DNA of 63,350 bases, counting the filler, from Octopus bimaculoides (lineage: Eukaryota), in assembly GCF_001194135.2 (NCBI RefSeq). It is 6 parts of 6 records of this genome, joined end to end, with 100 filler letters (N's around TTAATTAATTAA, not from the genome) between each part and the next. Parts side by side here need not be neighbours in the genome. Positions count along the whole stretch, not along the records: positions 45,238 to 51,480 come from NC_069008.1; positions 51,581 to 54,321 come from NC_068990.1; positions 54,422 to 57,146 come from NW_026353071.1; positions 57,247 to 63,350 come from NC_068982.1; 2 more parts are not named here. One strand, written 5' to 3'. Shown here in pieces: positions 49,893 to 62,994 of the stretch (within the stretch, counting starts at the first letter, position 1; each line of letters begins with the position of its first letter). Both the position numbers and the translations under genes were made by a program. The notes under the pieces are model-generated. The model was given only the letters and a program-made list of their open reading frames with translations. It did not search any database and had not been told where the DNA came from.

Positions 49893-50290
49893 TCTTTTAC
49901 TTGTTTCAGCCACGTGACTGTGGCCATGCTGGAGCACCGCCTTTAGTCGAGCAAATCGACCCCAGGACTTATTCTTTGTAAGCCTAGTACTTATTCTATC
50001 TGTGTCTTTTGCCGAACCGCTAAGTAACGGGGACGTAAACACACCAGCACCGGTCGTCAATCGATGATGGGGGACAAACACAGACACACAAACATACACA
50101 CACACACATGCATATATGTATACATATATACGACGGGCTTCTTTCAGTTTCCGTCTGCCAAATCCACTCACAAAGCATTGGTCGACCCGAGGCTATAGTA
50201 GAAGACATTTGCCCAAGGTGCCACGCAGTGGGACTGAACCCGGAACCATGTGGTTCGTAAGCAAGCTAATTACCACACAGCCACTCCTAT
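49893..50290 (-). mobile_element. SINE family A, full length
   Basis: Complete head, body and tail with few apparent substitutions. Confidence 0.9.
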
Positions 50291-50295
50291 ACCGA

Positions 50296-50330
<35 letters not shown>

Positions 50331-51010
50331 NNNNNNNNNNNNNNNNNNNNNNNNNNNNNNNNNNNNNNNNNNNNNNNNNNNNNNNNNNNNNNNNNNNNNN
50401 NNNNNNNNNNNNNNNNNNNNNNNNNNNNNNNNNNNNNNNNNNNNNNNNNNNNNNNNNNNNNNNNNNNNNNNNNNNNNNNNNNNNNNNNNNNNNNNNNNNN
50501 NNNNNNNNNNNNNNNNNNNNNNNNNNNNNNNNNNNNNNNNNNNNNNNNNNNNNNNNNNNNNNNNNNNNNNNNNNNNNNNNNNNNNNNNNNNNNNNNNNNN
50601 NNNNNNNNNNNNNNNNNNNNNNNNNNNNNNNNNNNNNNNNNNNNNNNNNNNNNNNNNNNNNNNNNNNNNNNNNNNNNNNNNNNNNNNNNNNNNNNNNNNN
50701 NNNNNNNNNNNNNNNNNNNNNNNNNNNNNNNNNNNNNNNNNNNNNNNNNNNNNNNNNNNNNNNNNNNNNNNNNNNNNNNNNNNNNNNNNNNNNNNNNNNN
50801 NNNNNNNNNNNNNNNNNNNNNNNNNNNNNNNNNNNNNNNNNNNNNNNNNNNNNNNNNNNNNNNNNNNNNNNNNNNNNNNNNNNNNNNNNNNNNNNNNNNN
50901 NNNNNNNNNNNNNNNNNNNNNNNNNNNNNNNNNNNNNNNNNNNNNNNNNNNNNNNNNNNNNNNNNNNNNNNNNNNNNNNNNNNNNNNNNNNNNNNNNNNN
51001 NNNNNNNNNN

Positions 51011-51044
<34 letters not shown>

Positions 51045-51182
51045 TGTATATATGCATAAATGAGTGTATGTATGCATGTATGTACGTACGTATGTCGTAT
51101 GTATGTCTATACGCATATATGTAAGTCTATGTGTGTGCATATGTATGCTTATGTTTATATATGCACACCAGTATATATGTAA

Positions 51183-51234
<52 letters not shown>

Positions 51235-51438
51235 GAAAACGAATCAGTGGTTAGATTTGACACAGATAGATTATATTATATATGTATGTATTAGAGAAAG
51301 AGTGAGAGAGAGAGAGAGCGAGAGAGGTTTGGAAGAAATAGAGAAAGAGAAATAGATAGATAGAGAGATGTAGAAAGAATAAGGGTTACGTTTGACATAG
51401 ATTATTTCGTGTGAGAGAAAAAGATATATATATATATG

Positions 51439-51480
<42 letters not shown>

Positions 51481-51580
51481 NNNNNNNNNNNNNNNNNNNN
51501 NNNNNNNNNNNNNNNNNNNNNNNNTTAATTAATTAANNNNNNNNNNNNNNNNNNNNNNNNNNNNNNNNNNNNNNNNNNNN
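51481..51580. other. Artificial scaffold-join linker
   Basis: 44 N + TTAATTAATTAA + 44 N. Confidence 0.9.
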
Positions 51581-54321
51581 CAAGAGCCAGTCCAGGGGCA
51601 CTGGCAATGATCTCGTTCGAAAATCCTACGAAGGTCAGTCAGGCAGTACTGGCAACGGCCACGCTCAAAATGGTGCATCTTATGTGCCACCTGCACAAGA
51701 GCCAGTCCAGGGGCACTGGCAACGATCTCACTTGGCTTGCCGGGTCTTCTCACGCACAGCATATTTCCAAAGGTCTCGGTCAGAAGTCATCGCCTCGGGG
51801 AGGCCCAATGTTCGAAGGTCTTGCCTCATCACCTCATCCCAGGTCTTCCTGGGCCTACCTCTTCCACGGGTTCCCTCAACTGCTAGGGTGTGGAACTTTT
51901 TCATGCAGCTATCCTCGTCCATTCTCGCCACATGTCTATACAAGCGCAGCCATCTCTCTTGCACACCACAACTGATGCTTCGTAAGTTCAACTTTTCTCT
52001 CAAGATAGTTACAATCCGTCGGGTATGCACATTGACATTACTCATTCATCGGAGCATACTGGCTTCATTCCTTGCGAGCTTACGCATGTCCTCAGCAGTC
52101 ACGGCCCATGTTTCACTGCCATGTATCATGGCTGTTCGTACACATGCGTTATACAGTCTGCCTTTTACTCTGAGTGAGAGTCCCTTTGTCGCCAGCAGAG
52201 GTAAGAGTTCTCTGAACTTTGCCCAGATTATTCTTATTCTAGCAGCTACACTTTCAGCGCACCCACCCCCACTACAAACTTGGTCACCCAGATAGCGGAA
52301 GCTATCAACTACGTCTAGTTTTTCTCCCTGGAATGAGACAGAACTTGTTTTCTGCATATTTACAGTGTTTNNNNNNNNNNNNNNNNNNNNNNNNNNNNNN
52401 NNNNNNNNNNNNNNNNNNNNNNNNNNNNNNNNNNNNNNNNNNNNNNNNNNNNNNNNNNNNNNNNNNNNNNNNNNNNNNNNNNNNNNNNNNNNNNNNNNNN
52501 NNNNNNNNNNNNNNNNNNNNNNNNNNNNNNNNNNNNNNNNNNNNNNNNNNNNNNNNNNNNNNNNNNNNNNNNNNNNNNNNNNNNNNNNNNNNNNNNNNNN
52601 NNNNNNNNNNNNNNNNNNNNNNNNNNNNNNNNNNNNNNNNNNNNNNNNNNNNNNNNNNNNNNNNNNNNNNNNNNNNNNNNNNNNNNNNNNNNNNNNNNNN
52701 NNNNNNNNNNNNNNNNNNNNNNNNNNNNNNNNNNNNNNNNNNNNNNNNNNNNNNNNNNNNNNNNNNNNNNNNNNNNNNNNNNNNNNNNNNNNNNNNNNNN
52801 NNNNNNNNNNGACTAGGCTATAGCCGACACTGCCAGATATTTTGAGCATCCCTGCAGTGATTCCTGATGGGCCGGGAGCTTTCCCTGTCTTCATACTCTT
52901 AAATTAGCTTTATCTACCATGGTACTGTTAACTCGGATAGCTGGTCCCGCTGTTGGGTCAACATTTGGCAGACTCTCTTTCTCCCATTCATTCTCTTTAT
53001 TGAGCAACCTTTCATAGTGGCGTCTGCAAACCTCTCTTTGCATCCTCATTTAGTGTAAGTGAACCATCATCCATGCAGACACATTTCTCTTGTATGACAT
53101 CATGATTCTTTCACACACACTGTCTTGCAACACAAAATACCTCAAGTCTTTGGTCCTCACAGTGCATAACATTGGCAAATTTTTTCTTATCTGCTTCCCC
53201 TCTGGCAAAATAAACCTGTTACCTAGCTTCCCTTCTGGCAGTATGATACAATTCCCTGCTACCACCGTTCTTCTGGTCCTTCCAAGGCTGTTTCTTTTGT
53301 CTAATAGCCCTGTCAACAACATTGTTCCCCCACCATGTTATTTTGGGTCGAGAGGGGACTTTACACCATCCACAGATCTGGTCAGTGGCTTTCAGCAGGT
53401 TGTCCTGTAGAAACCTCCAGTAACCTTCTACATTGTGTGAAGCTACATCCCCTTCTATTTCGTCAAAGGCTTCGAGTAATATGTCTCTAAATCTCTGTCC
53501 ATTCACAGGATCTTTAAGCTTCCAGACCCTTCTCCTCCATGCTGGTCGTCTTCTGGAGAACCACTTAGCCCTGATCCTGAAGTCACTAACTACTAGTCTA
53601 TGTTGTGGGGTACATTCTTTGCCTGGAAATGTTTTGACATTCATAAGCAGCCATCTTTCTTTTTTGTAGTCAATTAGGCTAGTGTGTCAGCCAGAATGGT
53701 AGGTGACTAGGTGACTGGCAGGTTCCCTGAAGTTAGTATTGCAAACCATAAGGTCATTTGCATTGCAGAACTCCAGCAGCCTGGTTCCCTCCTCATTGCA
53801 GGAACGAAAACCATAGCCTCCATGTACGCCATGGAAGCCCCCTATATGTTGTCCAACATGTCAATTGAAGTCACCAGCCACAAAGAGAACGTCCCTGTCA
53901 TTCGTCAATGAGGTAGTCTGCAAGAGGGTGTCATAAAATTGGTCATTCTGTCCATCGGGTCACCCTGGCTGAGGGGCATAAGCAGAGATAATGGTTGCTA
54001 ACCCATGATGAAGGACTAATTTAATCTTAAGTATTCTATCGCATACTCTGACTACCTTGATTACCTTATCAACCCATTTCTCTGCAAGAAGTGTACCCAC
54101 GCCCCCAACCCCGTCTGTATTCCCTGCCCAGAAAATCTTGTACCCGTCTTCTTTGCCTTTAAGGAACATAGCCGAACCTCCTCTCCACCTTACTTCTTGG
54201 AGGCAGCAGATATCGACACATCTCTATTCAAGTAGCATCACAACAATCTCATCAGACCTACCTTTCAGTGCACCAATCTGGATACCAACTACTTTCTTCC
54301 TTTCTCCCTTCCCCCATTTTC
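51581..54321 (-). mobile_element. RTE-clade LINE, large disrupted copy (APE endonuclease, RT flanks, 3' UTR) filling a whole joined piece
   Basis: APE motifs VDICCLQEVRW, GVGGVG.LL..W and IISAYAPQ; HRLVV.DF linker; KTGKAPGPSG; FRYLGD..YNACVRTAMIHGSETW; GRGRPRKTWDEV..REKTRQAK*. Frameshifts and stops are present; N gap at 52371-52810. Confidence 0.93.
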
Positions 54322-54421
54322 NNNNNNNNNNNNNNNNNNNNNNNNNNNNNNNNNNNNNNNNNNNNTTAATTAATTAANNNNNNNNNNNNNNNNNNNNNNN
54401 NNNNNNNNNNNNNNNNNNNNN
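54322..54421. other. Artificial scaffold-join linker
   Basis: 44 N + TTAATTAATTAA + 44 N. Confidence 0.9.
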
Positions 54422-55030
54422 ACATATACTTTCATACGTCTATATACACATGATTTTCAATATAGGTTAAGCACAAACAAAAATAAATGAAAATATGCTA
54501 CGCACGTACCGACATATAACATATGTACAGGCATCGAGACATCTATTCAGTTACACATATGCATTGGGGACGCATTACACACCCATAGACGTATACAGAA
54601 ACATACATACACATGCATGCATGCATACACACACAAACACAAATATATATAAGATGGATGCACTACGGCAGTAATATGAGAGACACATACAACAGTAGAT
54701 TCATACATATATGCATACAGGAAATGTTGGAAGGAAACTACTGAGGATTACTGAAATTCCTTTTGCAACGTCAGCAATTTAAACTTTTCCGTTTATATCA
54801 CATTATTCAGAATTTCATTAAATTCAACACATACGAGATGACTTACAACTGTCCGAAGTCCATTACTTGTCATGCCATGCATTTCTATCTTTCTACATCC
54901 ACCCACTCAGAAACCAATATACCTACTTACCTACCCATCCATCCACCACAACCTACCTACCTATCTATCTATCTATCTATCTATCTATATCCATCCACTC
55001 AAAACACAAACTATCTACCCATCCGTCCAT

Positions 55031-55061
<31 letters not shown>

Positions 55062-55393
55062 TGTACGTTGGTATGTATCTATATATCCATCGATCCATCA
55101 TCTACCTGTTTATCTATCGATCAATCTGTCTGTCTGCCAGCCATTATATATATTTTACCGCTTTTCTCATTCCACCTTTTGCATTCACCTTCTTTTCGAT
55201 TTCTCTCCTAAACCAGCGTCCGGTTTTTCCCATAAGACCTGCCATGTTTTTGAACCTAAAATATAGCTTGACACGACGAGGCACGACGTATAAATCTTCC
55301 GGAATATTGTGTATGTTAAATAACATTTATATCTCACTGGATTGAGTACAATTGTATCTGTAAGTGACCAGTAAATTACACACGCACACACAC

Positions 55394-55431
<38 letters not shown>

Positions 55432-55454
55432 GTGTACCAATATATGTATATACA

Positions 55455-55670
55455 AAGGCGGCGAGCTGGTAGAATCGTTAGCACGCCGAGTGAAACGCTT
55501 AACAGTATTTCGTCAGTCTTTACGTTCTCAGTTTAAAATTCCACATAGGTCGACTTTGCTTCTCATCTTTCCTGGGTCGATAAATTAAGTACCAGTTGAG
55601 TACTGAGGTCGATGTAATCGACTTAACCCCATCCCCTAAAGTTCCAGGCCTTGTTCCTGGAGTAGAAACG
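55455..55670 (+). mobile_element. SINE family B
   Basis: AAGGCGGCGAGCTGGTAGAATCGTTAGCAC head, core and tail. Confidence 0.85.
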
Positions 55671-55683
55671 AATATGTATGTAT

Positions 55684-55714
<31 letters not shown>

Positions 55715-56894
55715 ACGTATTTAGCATACATATAGGCATAAAAAGCACATCTATTACATACATACTTAAACCCGTTCATAAGCTTATACAGATATCGCAT
55801 CTGTACGAGGTCCTACTATAGATCTGCCTATAGATGTGTGTGCTAGTGTGTGTATTTGACTGCATGCGTGTATTTATGTTTGTTTGAATACATAATGATA
55901 TTCCAATATTTATACATTTGTGGGACTGTTTTCTCTCAATTGAAACCTTGTAAGTTATTAGTAACATCTAGAATTCTAAGTTTTCAAACAATTTCCCAAT
56001 GAATCTGCTCTTATATCAGAAAAACATAATATAAATCTACACATGATACTTACATATGCATGGAATTATATATATTGCCCGAAACTCATACACACACATA
56101 TACAAATACTCCTACATAGACATATGCACACAAAAAGACACACAAATGCGTACTTACATATATAAGCACATAAATATAAATTTACAATGTCTGCAATTAA
56201 AACTTTTGGTAGTATTATATTTGTTTAGAATTTTAATAATATCAACAAACCCAGAGACATGCAAACGAACACGGACACATACATAGATACACCTTCATTA
56301 GAAATGAGTAACTACTAATGAATGTATTCCATATAAATGACTGTATTTGAAAGTGTGCAAACTGAAACACTCGTAATTCATTAAGCACCATTTACACATA
56401 AAGCCATCACATAATCCAGTACGTGCCGTCAGCATTTCAAAAGAGTTTAACGTCTGTAACAAAGATAATCTCGATGATATTCACTAAACATTGAGAAAGG
56501 GACTGTTCTCTAAGATTAGATTTATAAAAGTCGAAATCAATATATTTTAAAGATGCTTTGTTGAAGGGGCTATATGTAAAGTAATGCATTAAACAAAGTA
56601 CGCTCTTACGCATCAATGTTTTGATATGTATATCTCAGTGTGTGTATACATATATACATACACATATATACACACAAAAATACATATACATTCATATATA
56701 AGTATATATATATATATAAACAAAAGTAAATGAGTATATGCATATATACGTACAGGTATGTGCATACCGACATCCACCTGTATGTATAGGTGCATATCTG
56801 GGTACAGGACATTGCAAACAAACGTAGACGAGAACACACGAGCCACATAGAGAACATTCTACTTCATCAGCTACCCACGTTTTAACACCGGCGA

Positions 56895-57146
56895 CGTATA
56901 TATATATACGTATATACATACATACATGCGTATATGCGTATATATATATACGTACATATATACATACATATATATACATATATATATACATACATACGTA
57001 TATGCGTATATATATATACGTACATATATACATATGTATATATACATATATATATATACATACATACGTATATGCGTATATATATATATATACATACATG
57101 TATATATACGTACATACATATATCTATACATATATATATACATGCA
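56895..57146. repeat. Higher-order (TA/CA/CG) minisatellite
   Basis: TATGCGTATATATATATACGTACATATATACATA blocks recur several times. Confidence 0.85.
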
Positions 57147-57246
57147 NNNNNNNNNNNNNNNNNNNNNNNNNNNNNNNNNNNNNNNNNNNNTTAATTAATT
57201 AANNNNNNNNNNNNNNNNNNNNNNNNNNNNNNNNNNNNNNNNNNNN
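57147..57246. other. Artificial scaffold-join linker
   Basis: 44 N + TTAATTAATTAA + 44 N. Confidence 0.9.
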
Positions 57247-57385
57247 TCCTAAATGAGCTTCTCTGTATGGGTCTCTCAGGGTTTGACAAGTCCAGTATAC
57301 AACTAAATATTCGAAAGTGCTCACGAAGTAAACTACAATACCCAGTAACAAAGCTCGCTCCCGGTTACATACAATATGTAGGGTA

Positions 57386-57450
<65 letters not shown>

Positions 57451-57526
57451 CTTTTATATCTGTAAATCTCTTAAAGAAAATTAAACGTCCTTATACCTTC
57501 TTGTACTTTGCTACCTTTTATTATCC

Positions 57527-57905
57527 TTTATTACCTCCGCCTTCGTTAAGGCGGAAGTATTGCTTTCAGTCGTGTTCGTTCGTTTGTCCGTGGACAAGAT
57601 ATCTCAAGAACTGCTGGATGGATTCGGATGAAACTTTCAAGGATGTTTGGCCTCGTGACTGGCATGAAATGATTAGATTTTGGGATCGATCCGGTACCGG
57701 ACAAGGATTCTGGATTATTTTTCCGGTTTTTGTTTTTACTTAACTTTTGAGAGCGGTCGGATTCATTTTTAGTATTCTCGTTTGTGAGAGCAGTCGAGTT
57801 TATTTCAGATATTCTCATTTTAAAAGTCATCTCTGGCTAATCGTTGAGAGGACGTTGGTGTTGCCTTGGTGGAGGTTTGCGTTCTTTGAGCGCTCGTTTT
57901 ATTTT
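57527..57905 (+). mobile_element. Non-autonomous Helentron-type element (HINE / DINE-1-like), apparently complete
   Basis: 5' subterminal ATTACCTCCGCC with a nearby inverted copy GGCGGAAGTATT (57550-57561); GTTCGTTCGTTTGTCCGT microsatellite; GATATCTCAAGAACT..GATTCGGATGAAACTTT core; 3' subterminal GGTGGAGGT (57868-57876); hairpin GCGTTC-TTT-GAGCGC (57879-57893); T-rich flanks. Confidence 0.75.
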
Positions 57906-58029
57906 AATTCATTGTTTTGTTATTTTTGTTTATTTCATTTATCCTTTATCTTCCCTTACTATCAGCATTATCCTGCTTTATTACGGTACTCTAATCATGT
58001 TGACTGAGATACACCAACATATTATATTG

Positions 58030-58456
58030 ATTTCAAATTTTGGCACAAGGCCGGCAATTTCGGGGAGAGGGGGAATTCGATTACATCGACCCCAGTGCTC
58101 TACTCGTACTCGTTTTATCGATTCCTGGAAGAATGAAAGGCAAAGTCGACCTCGGCGGAATTTGAACTCAGAACGTAAAGACGGACGAAATTCCGCAAAG
58201 CATTTCGCCCGGCGTTCTAACGTTTCCTATTTCTTTACTGCCCACAAGGGGCTACACACGGAAGGGACAAGCAAGGACAGACAAACGGATTAAGACGATT
58301 ATATCGACTCCAGTGCGTAACTGGTACTTAATTTATCAACCCCAAAAGGATGAAAGGCAAAGTCGACCTCGGCGGAATTTGAACTCAGAGCGTAACGGCA
58401 GACGAAATACCGCTAAGCGTTTCGCCCAACGTGCTAACGTTTCTGCCAGCTCGCCA
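58030..58456 (-). mobile_element. Dimeric family-B SINE
   Basis: Same two-monomer architecture and junction as 42590-43005. Confidence 0.8.
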
Positions 58457-58954
58457 GTTTACCAACACATTATATCAACAACTAAATATTGGTGTAATTT
58501 CCGTTCAAGTATGTCACAAGAAATGGTAATCCTGCTTCTTATCACTTTCCGAAAAAATTGGGCACCATTGGTTTTCTTTCTTTTAAGGATCTCAAACGTC
58601 ATTATCAAGTTTCGTTCTTAAATCCTGCTGGATGGCCACACAATTTCCTCGCTGGGCAAGCCCTTTTTGGGAGTCAGCTTAATAGCTCACTGGACGACGG
58701 GTTAGGTAGTACTAGATTACAGGGTTACAAATGGCAATTTTACATTAGCCACTGACGGAACAGAGCCTTGTCTAGTACTAATTTAATACCGATGGCAATA
58801 GATTTTTTTCCCTTCTTTCATTTCGCAGTTCCGCAGGTAAAGTATGTAATAGTCAAGAACTAAGATTGATCTTAATCTACCTCATAACTCACTCCAGTAT
58901 TTTTAGGCCTTGTGTCTTTGCTAGAAATCAATATTGTAGACACTCCTCGTCATT

Positions 58955-59231
58955 GTCGCCGCCGCCACCACCACCGTCATCATCATCATCATCATCATCA
59001 GCAGCAGCACCACCACCACTGATCACAATCACCATCCACTGTCTCCAGCATACGTTTAAATACAACAAAAACAATTATGACATCACCGAGTGATTGACGT
59101 AGCTTCTCCCTTGTCGCTTGGCCTCAAGATTGTCACGACTAGTTTACCTTTGATCATAGGTCTGCTGCTCGATCGGGATGACCTGGGGCTGAATATCATT
59201 GAGAATAACAGCTCCACCTCTGCTGCTGCTG

Positions 59232-59262
<31 letters not shown>

Positions 59263-59345
59263 AATCACCACCATCACCACCACCACCACCACCACCACCG
59301 CCGCCGCCGCCGCCACCACAATCACCATCACCACCACCACCACCA
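58955..59345. repeat. Mixed triplet repeats (CAT/CAC/ACT/GCT/GCC)n
   Basis: Directly visible. Confidence 0.85.
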
Positions 59346-60077
59346 GCGTCACCATGTTAATCACTCCGTCTGTATTTCGCTGTCTTTAAATCTCAACGAA
59401 ATTTGTTTTAATCATTGACTTAAAAAACATTTCCCAATGTTGTTTCAGTAAATGGCGATGTCATTCCTGTTTAACAGCGATCGAGCCATTGAATGTGATT
59501 CCAACCGTGACTGTCCCTTCTTTTCCATCTCTGCTGGAAAGCCAGAACTACATTAGCGAACGTGTCATTCTGAAGACAATATTATGATATAGTGTAGAGC
59601 GATAAAGCGACATAGTGTAGTGATACAGAATAGGATTATAGCACAGGGATGTAATATAAGAATATATTGTTATGGCATAGTGTAGTGACAAAGGTTAGTA
59701 ACGCAGTGGTTTGTAGGAGGTTATATATTCTTTTATCTTTTACTTGTTTCAGTCATTGAACTGAGGCCATGCTGGGGCACCACCTTGAAGGAACAAATCG
59801 ACCTCAGTAGATATTTTTTAAAAGTCTAGTACTTATTCTATCAGGCTCTTTTGACGAACAGCTACGTTTCGGGCACATAAAGAAAGTAATACAGGTTGTC
59901 GACCGGCATAGTGGTGGGGGGATTCACAAAGCCACATACACACACACTCTCTCTCTCACGTACGCACGCACACTCACACACACTCACATACAGACTCAGA
60001 CTCAGACCCAAACGTACGTATGCATGTATGTATACGTATATGTGTGTGTGTGTATGTATGTATGTATGTATGTATGT

Positions 60078-60548
60078 GTGGAGGCGCAATGGCCCAATTG
60101 TTAGGGCAGCGGACTCGCGGTCGTAGGATCGCGGTTTCGATTCCCAGACCGGGCGTTGTGAGTGTTTATTGAGTGAAAACACCTAAAGTTCCACGAGGTT
60201 CCGGCAGGGGATGGTGGCGAACTCTGCTGTACNNNNNNNNNNTTGTGAGTGTTTATTGAGTGAAAACACCTAAAGTTCCACGAGGTTCCGGCAGGGGATG
60301 GTGGCGAACTCTGCTGTACTCTTTCACCACAACTTTCTCTCACTCTTACTTCCTGTTTCTGTTGTACCTGTATTTCAAAGTGCCAGTCTTGTCACACTTT
60401 GTGTCACACTGAATATCCCTGAGAACTACGTTAAGGGTACACGGGTCTGTAGAGTGCTCAGTCACTTGCACGTTAATTTCACGAGCAGGCTGTTCCGTTG
60501 ATCGGATCAACTGGAACCCACGTCGTCGTAACCGACGGAGTGCCAACA
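60078..60548 (+). mobile_element. SINE family E in a (TATG)n site, with assembly duplication inside
   Basis: tRNA-like head GGAGGCGCAATGGCCCAATTGTTAG..GGTTTCGATTCCC; homologous to 49253-49568; 77 bp repeated across a 10-N gap. Confidence 0.85.
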
Positions 60549-61002
60549 TGTATGTATGTATGTACATATCCGAGCTTCAACATAGTTTCCATCTACCAGC
60601 TTCATTCACAAGGCATTGATCGACTCGAAGCAATAGCAGAAGACTGGCCCAAGGTGGGACTGAATCCCAAACCACATGAGGTTGCAAAGCGAGCTTCCTA
60701 ACCACACAGCGATGCCTGCGCCTATAGTGTAATGGCATAGTGTACAGGCATAGTCTTGTAATATACTATAGAGAGAATGCAGCGATGTAGTGTCGGAGAA
60801 TAGAGCGTGATTTGAAGGAGATTTGGCAGGTCCGGTGATCACGTAAAGACTCCCTTAGCTCGAAATAGTAAGACGCATGAAAGCAGTGTGTTGTATAAAA
60901 CTAGTGGAGCAATACAGCAGTGGATGTAATAATGGCAAAGAAAAGAAAATAACTATATGGATGCAAGCTCTCTTTTGTCTAATGTTTGTGTGTGTATATT
61001 CG

Positions 61003-61046
<44 letters not shown>

Positions 61047-61056
61047 NNNNNNNNNN

Positions 61057-61092
<36 letters not shown>

Positions 61093-61733
61093 TGAGAGAG
61101 AGAGAAGGAGAAAGAGGGAGAGGAAAGGAGAGGGCGTATTTGTCAGTTTGAGGACAGCTGATATAACATGATATTTCCTTTCTAAGACTGTAGTCCGTGA
61201 TTTGAAGGAGATTCGACTGCTATTTCGGGCAATTTTATCACAGAGAGACATCATTGAGTCTCTGACTTTATGTTTTGATTCAATGATGATTGAACCAATG
61301 AGTTTGTTCAACGAAATTATTCTTCAATAGAACTTGTGAACAACACTTCAGATAAAATATTAAAAACAACAACAACAACAGCAACAAAAACAAAAAAAAT
61401 CATCTCCATATTTCAACAATCTTGTCATTTTTCTAATGTCTCAGTAATTATTCATTCAAGAATTTAGAATATTCTTTATTTGCCAACAAGAATCATATAG
61501 AATAACCTACCCCACCNNNNNNNNNNNNNNNNNNNNNNNNNNNNNNNNNNNNNNNNNNNNNNNNNNNNNNNNNNNNNNNNNNNNNNNNNNNNNNNNNNNN
61601 NNNNNNNNNNNNNNNNNNNNNNNNNNNNNNNNNNNNNNNNNNNNNNNNNNNNNNNNNNNNNNNNNNNNNNNNNNNNNNNNNNNNNNNNNNNNNNNNNNNN
61701 NNNNNNNNNNNNNNNNNNNNNNNNNNNNNNNNN

Positions 61734-62126
61734 TCTTCTTCTTCTTCTTCTTCTTCTTCTTCTTCTTCTTCTTCTTCTTCTTCTTCTTCTTCTTCTTCTT
61801 CTTCTTCTTCTTCCATGATTATCATCATCGTCGCCAGCAGCTGCATCGTGCGGTTGTTGCTATAGTTGTTGTTGTTGTTATTATCATACTTCTTAACCTT
61901 CTCCTCCTCCTCCTCCTCCTCCTCCTCCTCCTCGTCGTCGTCGTCGTCAGTGCCACTACCGCCATCGCCGCAGCACCAACACCGCAACCACCATCACCAC
62001 CAAAATTACTGTCACTTCACTACTACTACTACTACCACTGCAGCCAACTCTGCTACCATCACAAACACCATTATCGTCACCTTCATCCCAGCAACAACCA
62101 CCATCGTTGCAACAACAACAACAACA

Positions 62127-62191
<65 letters not shown>

Positions 62192-62787
62192 CACTACTAC
62201 TATCATCAACACTATCAGCACGATTATTATTGACATCACCATAACCTCCACCACCACTACCACCTAAACAACAACAATCATTATCATCATCACAGCAAAC
62301 ACCAATTCACTCACCAGCGCCACCACCACCATCATCAGCATCAGCATCATTTTAACTCTATCATTTACGTCATCACCTAACCATCCTTGCCACCTTAACC
62401 ACACCACCCCACCATCACTACAATCACTACCAGCGCCCCGTCCTTACCCGTCACCACCAACGTCATTATTTCTATGTCGTCCATATCATCAAATGAATAA
62501 AAAGGCTATTTTTTTGTTGTTGTTGTTATGTCAGGTTTTGATCTTGCTATCAGTGCGGTCCCACGATGCTATGATAATCAGGTGTTCTTCACAATCTCAT
62601 TCCATCTTATGTGAGTTCAGATTTGTTGATTGATGATGATGGCAGTGATGATGATGATGATGGTTGTGATGATGATGACGATCTTCATCTTCTTCTTAAA
62701 AACAACAACAACAATAACAAGTAGAAGAAGAAGAAGAACAACAACAACAACAATAACAAGTAGAAGAAGAAGAACAACAACAACAAC

Positions 62788-62832
<45 letters not shown>
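61734..62832. repeat. Compound triplet microsatellite region (TTC, TCC, ACT, ACC, GAT, AAT)
   Basis: Directly visible; source of the poly-E, poly-T, poly-V and poly-I ORFs. Confidence 0.9.
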
Positions 62833-62994
62833 CCTTTCTACTAAAGGCGCAATGCCTAACATTTTGGTGGTAGGGGACTAGTCGATTACATCGACTGCAA
62901 TGTTGCACTGGTACTAAAGTTATCTACCCCGAAAGGGTGAAAGGCAAAGTTAACTTCGGCGGAATTTAATAATAATAATAACAATAATAATAAT

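Noticed and set aside
48183-51263. Long ORFs of 250-356 aa in the track
   Set aside because: They consist almost entirely of N-gap X residues and (TA)n; artefacts.
56300-56456. Minus-strand acceptor followed by a ~50-codon open frame
   Set aside because: No convincing donor and no recognisable protein motif.
60156-60319. 77-bp internal duplication in a SINE
   Set aside because: Exact copies on either side of a 10-N gap; assembly overlap artefact.
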